A DNA stretch of 64,000 nt from a virus: IMG/VR virus record IMGVR_UViG_3300036851_000339, positions 6,483 to 70,482 of that record. One strand, given 5' to 3'. Positions 40,547 to 48,800 of the stretch are shown one piece after another. The position numbers and the translations under genes are program-made. The number at the start of each line of letters is the position of its first letter. Position 1 is the stretch's first letter. The notes below the pieces were generated by a model, which was not told the DNA's origin, searched no databases, and was given only the letters and a program-made list of their open reading frames with translations.

Positions 40547-40939
40547 TCACCCAACCTCATTCAATTCTATCTCCTTTAGCTCTCTGAAGAAATCTTCCTC
40601 CTCCTTTGTAGGGCCGATGGGCGGAAGTCCACCTTTAAGCTCCCCCATCGCTATTCTCAATCCCTCAAGAACCCTATCAGCTACATCAGGTATGTTGTAG
40701 TAGTTATCAAGGGCATCTCTCATCGTGTCTATGCTCTCTGGCCCTATCGTTGCCTCCTTCACTCGATCCGCACCTGGTTCCAGCCTCTCATAGATCTCCC
40801 TTATCACTTCCATATCAGCATCGGATGTGGCTGAGAGGGAGATGCTGAAGGTTTCACCTTTTGGACCAACGCATTCAGGATGCCCACAGTCACAGGTTAT
40901 TGTCAGCTTATGTATTACCATCTGTAGTCCTTTCTTCAA
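40547..40939 (-). CDS. Hypothetical protein
   Basis: ORF with CxCxHxxC motif. Confidence 0.5.
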   Translation of the reverse strand: MKKGLQMVIHKLTITCDCGHPECVGPKGETFSISLSATSDADMEVIREIYERLEPGADRVKEATIGPESIDTMRDALDNYYNIPDVADRVLEGLRIAMGELKGGLPPIGPTKEEEDFFRELKEIELNEVG

Positions 40940-41040
40940 GCCATTCTTCCACTATCTTTACCATCTCATTTATGCATCTCTCGTCATATACTGGAAGGGA
41001 GCAGTCATCATATGGAAGGCTAGTCGCATACTCATCCAGT

Positions 41041-41274
41041 TTATCCAGCAGAATCCAGATCTCGTCCTTTTGTGTCATCTCCTTCCTCCTCTCTGAACTC
41101 TAGTATCAGCTCCTTACAATCAATGCAGGTTATCTCAATCGTTCTATTCTGACCCTCAACATACTCTCTCATCTCTAAATTATGAGGAGAGCCAAACCCA
41201 AACTCGATATCAGGATAGTCAGGGAGGTGGTCTCTGAGTTGGAGGTAGTCATCCTTTGATATCATCAGAATCAT
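41041..41274 (-). CDS. Hypothetical protein
   Basis: H...IEITCIDCKE motif. Confidence 0.5.
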   Translation of the reverse strand: MILMISKDDYLQLRDHLPDYPDIEFGFGSPHNLEMREYVEGQNRTIEITCIDCKELILEFREEEGDDTKGRDLDSAG

Positions 41275-41512
41275 CTTCTCTCCCCAATCTCGTCCAAGCC
41301 TCAGTTATCTTCTCTTCCAACTCCAATATCTCCATCATCACTGCCCATTTCTCCTCTGAGATCCTTTGCTTGCTCACGTCATCTGACAGTGTTTGCGCTC
41401 CTCCATATTCTTTATCATCTGAATCATCTAAAAAGATGACCATTTCCTCTGGGTCGTCTGGAGTTGATATTCCAGTACAAACTCCACCGCTTATATGGAT
41501 TACCAGTCTCAT
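41249..41512 (-). CDS. Hypothetical protein
   Basis: RLVIHISGGV N-terminus; AGGAG RBS. Confidence 0.55.
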   Translation of the reverse strand: MRLVIHISGGVCTGISTPDDPEEMVIFLDDSDDKEYGGAQTLSDDVSKQRISEEKWAVMMEILELEEKITEAWTRLGREDDSDDIKG

Positions 41513-41539
41513 TTATGTTACTCCTTTGTTACTCTGATG

Positions 41540-41947
41540 TTACTTATTAAGTACCTTACTAGCTAGAATATAACCATTATGCAATACTCCATCCTCGTTT
41601 CCATCCTCATTCCCAATGAATATAGAGTGGGTGAATTTCCCATCCCTCTCATACACGACCCATAAAGAAGGGTTGGAGTAGCATCTGAGGGCCTCTTCCA
41701 ACTCCTTGATTCTCTCATCTCTAGCCTCAATCTCCTCATCCAACTTCTCAATCAACTCATTCGACTTCTCCACCTCTTGGATAGCCATCTCGTTCTGTTC
41801 ATATAGCTGTTCCAACTCATCAGCTAAATTCTGGGCCTCTTTTATAAGCTCCTCTTTCTCTGTGTTGAGTTCATTGATCCTCTGATTCTTCTCACTCACC
41901 TGCTGTCGTAACGAGTCCACTTCCTTCTCTGTCATCTTGTCGCACAC
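41540..41947 (-). CDS. Coiled-coil protein
   Basis: Heptad-rich E/K/L sequence. Confidence 0.6.
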   Translation of the reverse strand: MCDKMTEKEVDSLRQQVSEKNQRINELNTEKEELIKEAQNLADELEQLYEQNEMAIQEVEKSNELIEKLDEEIEARDERIKELEEALRCYSNPSLWVVYERDGKFTHSIFIGNEDGNEDGVLHNGYILASKVLNK

Positions 41948-42128
41948 TTTCTACCTCCTTTGGTTTGAGTTGTTGATAAAACTCCATCGTCGTTCCCTTT
42001 TCAGACTCGGAAAAGCTCCTCCAATTCCTCAAAGAGACCCACTCTGGTTCTTTATCACCAGTTAGGGAGAGAAGGAATTGAACGGCCTCCACTCCCTCTT
42101 TCTCTTCTTTAGTCATTTCTGTGTTCAT
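41892..42128 (-). CDS. Hypothetical protein
   Basis: GGAG RBS; operon context. Confidence 0.5.
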   Translation of the reverse strand: MNTEMTKEEKEGVEAVQFLLSLTGDKEPEWVSLRNWRSFSESEKGTTMEFYQQLKPKEVESVRQDDREGSGLVTTAGE

Positions 42129-42137
42129 ATCTCTCCC

Positions 42138-42521
42138 TCAGTTGATGAACTCAACCTCCACCCCTTGTTGTGAGAACAGCTCCATGACCCGATTCTCCCG
42201 TTCTAACTCATCCATAGTTGGGGTTAATGAATTAAGTATTATTATCCTGTCGTTGATAGCGTATAACTCTCTACCGATTGGGGAAGAGTTAGGTAAATAC
42301 AGATCACCATTATTTAACCACTTAGCCTCATCTGGAAGAATCAGAGCTACCTCTGGAGAATGAGCCGCTGCGTTACCCAATAACGTTTCTCTTGGCACTC
42401 CACATGACTCCAGATAGAAACCAACACAACACATTTTTTCATCTTCTCTACGCAGGAGCTTTGATAACTCAGCCCCTTGTCCCCTCAACCATTTCTCTCT
42501 ATCAATCACTAACTTTCTCAC
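42138..42521 (-). CDS. Conserved phage protein, distant relative of the CCLGVLC family
   Basis: IDREKWLRG; MCCVGFY; IND. Confidence 0.55.
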   Translation of the reverse strand: MRKLVIDREKWLRGQGAELSKLLRREDEKMCCVGFYLESCGVPRETLLGNAAAHSPEVALILPDEAKWLNNGDLYLPNSSPIGRELYAINDRIIILNSLTPTMDELERENRVMELFSQQGVEVEFIN

Positions 42522-43105
42522 TTAAACACCTCCATCCACACACTACAGGTTATTACCCTATCCAGCCTCGTCCTACAGTAGAGATGCTGGATAATTGAAA
42601 GAGCTTCAGCAGTAGTAGCTTCTGATGTGACTCCACTCTCGATCCCGACCATCACCCTTATGGATTGCTTCTGTTGGCCTGGTGTCTTCAGCAACTCATG
42701 AGCAAACTTTGTCATTGCTATCACATTCAAATAACGATCCCGCTGGAAGGCCCATACCCCAAGGGTTTCACGGGCATCGTTGATATAAGGGATGAAGTTT
42801 GTGATGCTCATCAACTTCCAATTCTGCCTCTTCACCCTCCCTATCAGTCCCCCAGCTAGGATGAACTCCCCTCTATCTCCCACACCCAGGGAGAGGGATG
42901 CCGCCCACTTCTTCCCCTCCCTCCACATCAAGGCCCTCACGTCCTCCATCCCAAAGAGGGCCATCGAATAGATAGGGATATGTCCATCATCTCTTCGGAA
43001 CCATCTTCCCGCGTAGGGGTAGTCTTTCTCTCTTAGCATTCTGAGGAGTCGCATCTGGGCTTCCTCAAGAGTTATATCAGGGCTATCTTTCATAGTAGCT
43101 CCCAT
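42518..43105 (-). CDS. Hypothetical protein downstream of the JAB gene
   Basis: Overlaps the end of the JAB gene; same operon. Confidence 0.55.
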   Translation of the reverse strand: MGATMKDSPDITLEEAQMRLLRMLREKDYPYAGRWFRRDDGHIPIYSMALFGMEDVRALMWREGKKWAASLSLGVGDRGEFILAGGLIGRVKRQNWKLMSITNFIPYINDARETLGVWAFQRDRYLNVIAMTKFAHELLKTPGQQKQSIRVMVGIESGVTSEATTAEALSIIQHLYCRTRLDRVITCSVWMEVFK

Positions 43106-44009
43106 ATAATTCTCTCCAATAATCCTCTATCTGTCCCGTCTCCTCCAGGAACTCTCTATACACCTCTTCCTTCTCCTTGTTGTTGTTACCCCAATATCCT
43201 GGCATCCCTACTCTATTTTTGTTACTCCCCTTACCTCCATTATATGTAACAACATAAGCCTTCTCAGGTTCAGGGAGTTCTGAGAGAATAGCCCCGCCAT
43301 CTGACCCAAAGGCTGCTCTATTATAATTCGAGGTAGTCTCCACTCCACAAGACGCCTTGTCCTTGTGAGAGTATGATCCAGCCCTATAACGCAGTATATT
43401 AGGGCAATCTCCCAAAGACTCAACCTTCGAAGTGATTGAAGGTCTCTCGATTTTATGGCTGAATGGCCAATCTTCTACCCCAAGAGGCATCAGATTCGCA
43501 TATGACACCCCCATCTCTCCACACTCTAGATCATAATTAAGGATGGCCTCATAGCTGAAGCCTAATAATTTCGACTCAACTTTAGAATCTGGAGTGGCCA
43601 CCACGATAGAGCTGGCGAAGTTGGAACAAATCCCTCCATCCGATAGATCTCCCCCATCTCCTTTCGCCTTGAGTGATCCAGAGAATCTCGCAGACATCAT
43701 ATGATGAGAGTGAATCCCACAAACCATCCTCTCCCTCACCCACTCAGGGAACATCTCATCGAGAGTGGGCTCATCTCCTTTATATGGCCTAACGTGGGAC
43801 CCTCTACGGATCTGGTTGGGTGGGGTCCAGAGCTCAGTAATAATGACATGAAGACCATTTTCATTTCGTTCACCCAACCCAACTGTCATCCACTCATCCT
43901 TATCCCAGATAGCTCCTGCAAGTTGGGCTATCAACTCTGGAGCGATCTCGATGAGCCCCTTTGTGGCTTTGACGACTGGGCAACTTACAACTTTCTCAAT
44001 CTCAATCAT
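43083..44009 (-). CDS. JAB/MPN+ metalloprotease (prokaryotic deubiquitinase-like)
   Basis: Catalytic Glu candidate (DEW); P.Q; GIHSHHMMSARFSG...D. Confidence 0.75.
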   Translation of the reverse strand: MIEIEKVVSCPVVKATKGLIEIAPELIAQLAGAIWDKDEWMTVGLGERNENGLHVIITELWTPPNQIRRGSHVRPYKGDEPTLDEMFPEWVRERMVCGIHSHHMMSARFSGSLKAKGDGGDLSDGGICSNFASSIVVATPDSKVESKLLGFSYEAILNYDLECGEMGVSYANLMPLGVEDWPFSHKIERPSITSKVESLGDCPNILRYRAGSYSHKDKASCGVETTSNYNRAAFGSDGGAILSELPEPEKAYVVTYNGGKGSNKNRVGMPGYWGNNNKEKEEVYREFLEETGQIEDYWRELYGSYYER

Positions 44010-44622
44010 TACTCCTCCTTATCTCATTTACTGGATTCGCCGCAGTAGGCATAAAGTGTTGAGTCTCTATTATCTTCCCTGTATAGAGGAGATAAAGGAT
44101 CGCTTCTGCTCCCATCCCCACTGATCGGAAGACTTGCCCCAGCCAGGGCTTGATGGTGTAGTCATCGTGTTGTTCTAACTCATCTCCCATGTAGATAGGT
44201 GGGCCTGGGGAGACTGTGGCGATGCCTGTTCCATCGAGGGCCAGACGGATGCCTTTTATATCTAGCATATCAATAGTATCCCACATCAACTCTCTCTCCG
44301 ATCTACCCATATCAGTAGCATCTACAAAGATAGTCTTACTCCAGTCTCCCTCTCCAAGGTCATCAGGATAAAATCTTCTGGTATGGATAATAGGTGGAGT
44401 GTTCCCCATCACATACTTTATGAAGGTATGGAGGTATTCCACTTTTGGTTGAGTTGGATCGAGAGGCATCGGGAGACGTTTAGCCCCTCCTCCACCTACA
44501 AAGTTGTCATCATCGTAGACTTCTATTGGGACAATATCCTCAAGCTCACGGCATAAAGCTACTGTAAGCCAGAAGGCTGATCCCGCTCCTGCTATCACGA
44601 TTCTGTTATACAAAGGCTTCAT
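44002..44622 (-). CDS. ThiF/MoeB/E1-like adenylating enzyme
   Basis: IVIAGAG Rossmann loop; YDDD; R; PKV; FVDATD....R. Confidence 0.75.
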   Translation of the reverse strand: MKPLYNRIVIAGAGSAFWLTVALCRELEDIVPIEVYDDDNFVGGGGAKRLPMPLDPTQPKVEYLHTFIKYVMGNTPPIIHTRRFYPDDLGEGDWSKTIFVDATDMGRSERELMWDTIDMLDIKGIRLALDGTGIATVSPGPPIYMGDELEQHDDYTIKPWLGQVFRSVGMGAEAILYLLYTGKIIETQHFMPTAANPVNEIRRSND

Positions 44623-45538
44623 CTTCTTCCTCCTCTTCCTCTTCCATCTCAAAAGAAGGCTCACACTGACAGGGTGAGCTTCCACAATCCCCACAGTAGT
44701 TCTCACAACGTTCACATATATTATCGCCGTTTAGCTCCTCATTACTGCTGAATGACTCGCCACATGCATCACATATAAAGGCTGGATGCTCTACGCAATA
44801 TGTGCAGACCCTTCTATCATTCAACTCACTCCTCAGCTCCATATATCCACAGGTGTTACAGCCTCTCAGTATGTTATAACAATCATAACAACATCTCAGC
44901 TCTCTCCTTGAGTAGTACCTTGACTCAGGCTCAAAGAGTGTCTTTGAACATATGTTACATTCTATGTACAACCCGATCCGACATTCAGCGCAGAACCTCC
45001 TTTGATCCATGTCCAATACCTTCATGCAGTTCTCGCATCTGAACATCTGCGCTATCTCAAGACACTTAGCTGAGCATAGTTTGGTGTCTTTAAACCCAAA
45101 ATAGAACTCAACGTCCACAAAGAACTTTCCACTACAAGCTGGGCAGTTTTTATATGGAAGCCTCTCACAATCATGCCCTATCTCAACCAACCATCGAGGG
45201 ACACAGTAGACGTGCTTCCCTTTGGCGACCCCTGCAAATAGGGCCTCTGAGGCTGTTTTGGCCTCCCCAAGACAAACCTCTCCACTCATCCTCCATGAAT
45301 GGGGGTGGACTATCTTACCCTCGCTGATTGGAGAGCCATCCAGATTCCAACATCCCTTTATATAGTGTGATTGGTCATTGATTAACCACACTCTGTTAGT
45401 AGGAAACCACCCATCACAGTAGGGACAACGAGCCTCTGGGTTGATGAAGAGTTTCGTTTTTGTTCTGAGATCCCATCCACTTTTAGACTTATCTATAGCA
45501 GCATCGAGACTTTTCCTCAGCTTATACCCAATACTCAT
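44606..45538 (-). CDS. E2/UBC-like domain fused to a multi-CxxC zinc-finger array and acidic tail
   Basis: HPHSWRMSGEVCLG matches the E2 HPN-x-G-x-ICL active-site pattern; about 10 CxxC pairs; poly-Glu end. Confidence 0.6.
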   Translation of the reverse strand: MSIGYKLRKSLDAAIDKSKSGWDLRTKTKLFINPEARCPYCDGWFPTNRVWLINDQSHYIKGCWNLDGSPISEGKIVHPHSWRMSGEVCLGEAKTASEALFAGVAKGKHVYCVPRWLVEIGHDCERLPYKNCPACSGKFFVDVEFYFGFKDTKLCSAKCLEIAQMFRCENCMKVLDMDQRRFCAECRIGLYIECNICSKTLFEPESRYYSRRELRCCYDCYNILRGCNTCGYMELRSELNDRRVCTYCVEHPAFICDACGESFSSNEELNGDNICERCENYCGDCGSSPCQCEPSFEMEEEEEEEDEAFV

Positions 45539-46221
45539 CACATCCCTCCATGGATAGAGAGCGACACCCATCCATCCTCAGTGGTGGGATAGACGATCTC
45601 TCCTGTCTCTCTTAGCCTCCACACCTTCGCCTCACCTTCCTTCTCAGGTGGACACAACCCCGCGACGAGATTTGATCCTCTCTTGATAGCGATATCCGTT
45701 ATCTCAACGCCTGAGAATGTCGAAGCGAGATATGCTCCTGGGACCGAGGAGAATTGATTGATTGCTGCTGATGTCGCTATTTTGATAAGGGCATCAATGA
45801 TTTCCTGCTCGTGGTCGATTCCATAGAACTGCGCAACACCTGACAACACTCCCGTCAGCCAATCTGGCCTTGTTCCTCCGGATGCGTGGGCGAGATAGAT
45901 GATGGGATCTATCAGACTTTCTCTCTTCTCATAAACTGTTCCACTTACGATGCGATAAACAACCTGATTGATCTGCACAATGGCAAGTTTCCCTCTCCAT
46001 TGAACACTCTCATCTCTGCTCACTTTAAGGATGAACTCCCTCACATACGGAATAATCTGAGGGTCCATATGTTCATGGTCGATTCTGCCTCGATAGATAT
46101 TCACTTTTAGCTCCTTTACGCGACAAGGAGTCGCGGTTCGCAAAAGATTTTCATAAACAGAAAGAGGGAGGGATCTTTCGATCTCCTCCCATCTGAATGG
46201 CCATATAAATGGCGCTGGCAT
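45538..46221 (-). CDS. Unknown protein within the ubiquitin-like operon
   Basis: Coupled to both neighbours (2-nt gap and TGATG overlap). Confidence 0.6.
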   Translation of the reverse strand: MPAPFIWPFRWEEIERSLPLSVYENLLRTATPCRVKELKVNIYRGRIDHEHMDPQIIPYVREFILKVSRDESVQWRGKLAIVQINQVVYRIVSGTVYEKRESLIDPIIYLAHASGGTRPDWLTGVLSGVAQFYGIDHEQEIIDALIKIATSAAINQFSSVPGAYLASTFSGVEITDIAIKRGSNLVAGLCPPEKEGEAKVWRLRETGEIVYPTTEDGWVSLSIHGGM

Positions 46222-46223
46222 CC

Positions 46224-46535
46224 TTAGTAAGCCTTCCCACCAGGGACAGGTCGATAAGTGGTTCCTTCAGGTTCCACTCGATCACTCCCATCAGCGTTCT
46301 TGAGATAATCCGAGTTAAGGGAGTTCACCTGATACTCAGCCTTCCCAGGTTCCTTGATCTCAACTCCAACCACCTGGCTCACACCAGAAGAGCGCATGAT
46401 CTGTTTGATCTTCCCCTTGATGGTGATAGTCTCACCTCCACAATCAAGAGTGATCTCTTTGAACTTACCATCGGTGACTTCGACGTTAGTGATATCTTTG
46501 ATCTCACCAGTGACTTCGATATTCTGAAATGACAT
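46224..46535 (-). CDS. Candidate ubiquitin-like modifier (ends PVPGG-KAY)
   Basis: 103 aa; beta-rich; di-Gly three residues from the C-terminus; first gene of the E2/E1/JAB operon. Confidence 0.5.
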   Translation of the reverse strand: MSFQNIEVTGEIKDITNVEVTDGKFKEITLDCGGETITIKGKIKQIMRSSGVSQVVGVEIKEPGKAEYQVNSLNSDYLKNADGSDRVEPEGTTYRPVPGGKAY

Positions 46536-46586
46536 TTGTTTTCCTTTTATGCCTTTCGGCAGTTTTGAGTTGATTGTTTGAAATAG

Positions 46587-46612
46587 AAAAAGACCGCCAG
46601 TATTGACAGTCT
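46587..46612 (-). terminator. Intrinsic terminator upstream of the ubiquitin-like operon
   Basis: AAGACTGTCA-ATAC-TGGCGGTCTT followed by TTT. Confidence 0.55.
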
Positions 46613-46657
46613 TCGTTGATTGCTGATTTTTGTTACTCTATGTTACTCAAATAGTAA

Positions 46658-46876
46658 CTAGAGAGTTGAGATTGTTACCCTTTTGAGGAACTTTCTAGAG
46701 ATTAACAACGTTCTCATCTTTCCTAAAAGATCTTTATAGACTATATCAATGCCCGTGGATTCATCCTCTGACATGACTTCTCTGATTCGCTGGATTGCAT
46801 TGTTTAATGTATCCTCGTTCTGGAAAGCATGAACGATCTCTCTCCCCTTCTTCGTCGTTAGTATTAGTTGCGGCAT
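46658..46876 (-). CDS. Hypothetical protein
   Basis: Operon ORF. Confidence 0.5.
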   Translation of the reverse strand: MPQLILTTKKGREIVHAFQNEDTLNNAIQRIREVMSEDESTGIDIVYKDLLGKMRTLLISRKFLKRVTISTL

Positions 46877-46877
46877 A

Positions 46878-47156
46878 TTACCAATATTTCTCCCTGTAAA
46901 CTCTGATGTGGGTTACTCCAATCGGGAGCATGTTCTTCCCTATTGCAATATCAACCCCTTTCTGAGCCACATTATCCCACTCCATCACGTTCGTAAGATG
47001 AACCTCACGAGCCTCATTTGGGCCAACTGAGCCATGTTTGTTGATGTAGTCCTGGATCTCTTGAGGAATGGCTATTCCCCACTCTTTCAGAGTATGATAG
47101 ATGTTACGAACTTTATCCGTGTGTTCATTGCCTGGGATTATTCCTACGACTTTCAT
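46878..47156 (-). CDS. Hypothetical protein
   Basis: LPIGVTHIRV C-terminal motif. Confidence 0.55.
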   Translation of the reverse strand: MKVVGIIPGNEHTDKVRNIYHTLKEWGIAIPQEIQDYINKHGSVGPNEAREVHLTNVMEWDNVAQKGVDIAIGKNMLPIGVTHIRVYREKYW

Positions 47157-47431
47157 CTGTAGTTGCCCTCCAGTTTCTTTTTGAGATTGTTGATATCTCT
47201 CTGAACCATTAGGATCTTATGCGTGGCCAGCGTCATGCATATTTCTTTGTTGGTTCTGGTCTTCTGTGTAACTATTGCATAAACCTGAGCGCCTTCTACA
47301 AACTCCAGGTCAGAATTGCTCATCGGAGTTGGCATAAGATTGGTAGAGCCATCTTTAACAGCTCTCCAAAACTGTTCCCTCTCCTCAGCTCGCTCAAGCG
47401 CCTCCATCTGTCTCTGTCTTTTTGACTTCAT
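47153..47431 (-). CDS. Hypothetical protein
   Basis: GGAGG RBS. Confidence 0.55.
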   Translation of the reverse strand: MKSKRQRQMEALERAEEREQFWRAVKDGSTNLMPTPMSNSDLEFVEGAQVYAIVTQKTRTNKEICMTLATHKILMVQRDINNLKKKLEGNYR

Positions 47432-47447
47432 CGACTTTCCTCCCGTG

Positions 47448-47612
47448 TTAATTGTCTATCCTAAAAATAAAATAGAAGTAGAAGATTCCTTCAAAACTCA
47501 AAACTGTTATGAATCTCCACCCCTCTTTGCCCAGTTCATTTATTTCAGCCTCTTCTAAAGGCTTTGAGCTTTTTACAATTTTGACTTCTCCATCCACATG
47601 GAAAACATACAT
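47448..47612 (-). CDS. 54-aa DUF4177-like protein (absent from the ORF track)
   Basis: INELGKEGWRFITV...FYFYF; GGAG RBS. Confidence 0.45.
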   Translation of the reverse strand: MYVFHVDGEVKIVKSSKPLEEAEINELGKEGWRFITVLSFEGIFYFYFIFRIDN

Positions 47613-47668
47613 CTTTTCTCCCTTCTACTCATTGGGTGATCCTGGTCTTACTATTCTCATTCTTGCCA

Positions 47669-47944
47669 TCAATCCTCCAATACATACTCTTCCACCGTTT
47701 TTGTTATCTCTTTTGTTACCTTTTTGGGAACATAGATAGCTCCATCTCTGAGAATCAATACACCATTCTTTGGCCATCTCTCCCATAGGTTAAAGGCGTG
47801 ATCTGCGGATGGACAAGGAAGTCCGCTCATGATGACTTTTGAGATCTTGGTATCATTGATGGTAGCCATGAGATCCTCTGCTGTTATATTTTGAACGTAC
47901 ATTCCATCTTCATCGTCATCATAGAGAATTTGGTATTTGGACAC
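47669..47944 (-). CDS. Hypothetical protein
   Basis: AGGAG RBS; GTG start. Confidence 0.55.
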   Translation of the reverse strand: MSKYQILYDDDEDGMYVQNITAEDLMATINDTKISKVIMSGLPCPSADHAFNLWERWPKNGVLILRDGAIYVPKKVTKEITKTVEEYVLED

Positions 47945-48229
47945 TGTTACTCCTTTCTACTAATTCCTTAATATTTGCTGGCGCAATAGCCTCCTCTTAT
48001 AAGAGGAGGCTTACGCAAAGTGGAGGCCCACCCTCCTCCCCAAGTATCCAGGTTTGTCCCCATTTCAGACCGCGAATCTTCTGAAGACTGGATACAGAGA
48101 CAGGGAGGAGGTGAGTCAAAAAAGAAAGACCAGACAGCCTCTCATGACATGAAACGTCCCTAGGGTTGGACACGACCAACGTTTCATACTGTCCTCACGG
48201 ATACAGCGACATGTAATCTGTCTGGTCTA

Positions 48230-48305
48230 TCGCTCTAGATGGAGTTGCACCATCATCTCTCTTCCAAACTCACCGGAAGTCGCTCTCCTATTAAGCTACA
48301 GAGCA
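48230..48305 (-). ncRNA. Atypical tRNA-like RNA with enlarged anticodon arm
   Basis: Acceptor TGCTCTG/TAGAGCG; D arm GCTT/GAGC; CTTCC-9 nt-GGAAG; T arm GATGG-TGCAACT-CCATC; no CCA. Confidence 0.6.
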
Positions 48306-48419
48306 GGAGGGATCGATCTGGCCTGCCTTAAAGGCAGGCGGTCACGAAGTGAAAGACCAAAACCTACTCTCTACTTCCATCCTCCCCCAGAAAATGGTTG
48401 TATTTTCAGTTTTGGTCTA

Positions 48420-48475
48420 TTGCTCGTATGGGAATCGAACCCATCTGGATGCATCACAGGGGCCTTCCACGAGCA
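48420..48475 (-). ncRNA. Truncated tRNA-like RNA (acceptor stem plus T arm)
   Basis: TGCTCGT/ACGAGCA stem; ATGGG-TTCGATT-CCCAT T arm; only 24 nt between them. Confidence 0.55.
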
Positions 48476-48728
48476 ACCTAAACCCGATCCCATTCAGAGA
48501 CCGGGGCCACCATCCAAGCAGGGTGGGTGGTGGGAGTTAAGGAGCTTCATGACTTCTCCCAGTGTACACCTTTAATAACTCCACTAATGAGATGGAATCT
48601 CCCTGCCATAAACTAGCGGGAGTCGTTGAAAGCAGAGCAATAAAAGGAGGCTGTTTTGATTGGAAAAGCAAATCCTCTTATATCTCCTAGAAGTCCTCAC
48701 GGATATTCCCGACTCCCATAAATCAAAA

Positions 48729-48800
48729 GGTCCACGATTAGACTCGAACTAATGACCTCTCCCTTAACTGGGAGCGCTCTGTCCTCTGAGCTACGTGGGC
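48729..48800 (-). tRNA. tRNA-like gene with non-canonical 6-nt anticodon loop (AGTTAA; Asn-like GTT)
   Basis: GCCCACG/CGTGGAC acceptor; GCTC/GAGC D stem; CTCCC/GGGAG stem; ATTAG-TTCGAGT-CTAAT T arm. Confidence 0.7.

Noticed and set aside
44002-46535. Thiamine or molybdopterin biosynthesis (ThiF/ThiS) auxiliary genes
   Set aside because: No ThiG, MoaE, rhodanese or desulfurase nearby; linkage to E2-like and JAB genes favours protein conjugation
47448-47669. In-frame TAG between a 14-codon ORF and the DUF4177-like ORF, suggesting amber readthrough or recoding
   Set aside because: The downstream ATG has its own GGAG RBS, TAG is a normal stop in many genes here, and there is no suppressor tRNA
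48140-48215. Hammerhead or HDV/theta ribozyme in the tRNA trailers (TCCGTGAGGAC resembles hammerhead stem II)
   Set aside because: The CUGANGA/GAAA core and the HDV nested pseudoknot could not be built by eye
48362-48385. GATGGAAGTAGAGAGTAGGT resembles 5S rRNA loop E
   Set aside because: Too short, and the rest of the 5S structure is absent
48729-48800. Ochre suppressor tRNA (TTA within the loop)
   Set aside because: Centring TTA in a 7-nt loop breaks the anticodon stem, and TAA is a common stop in this genome
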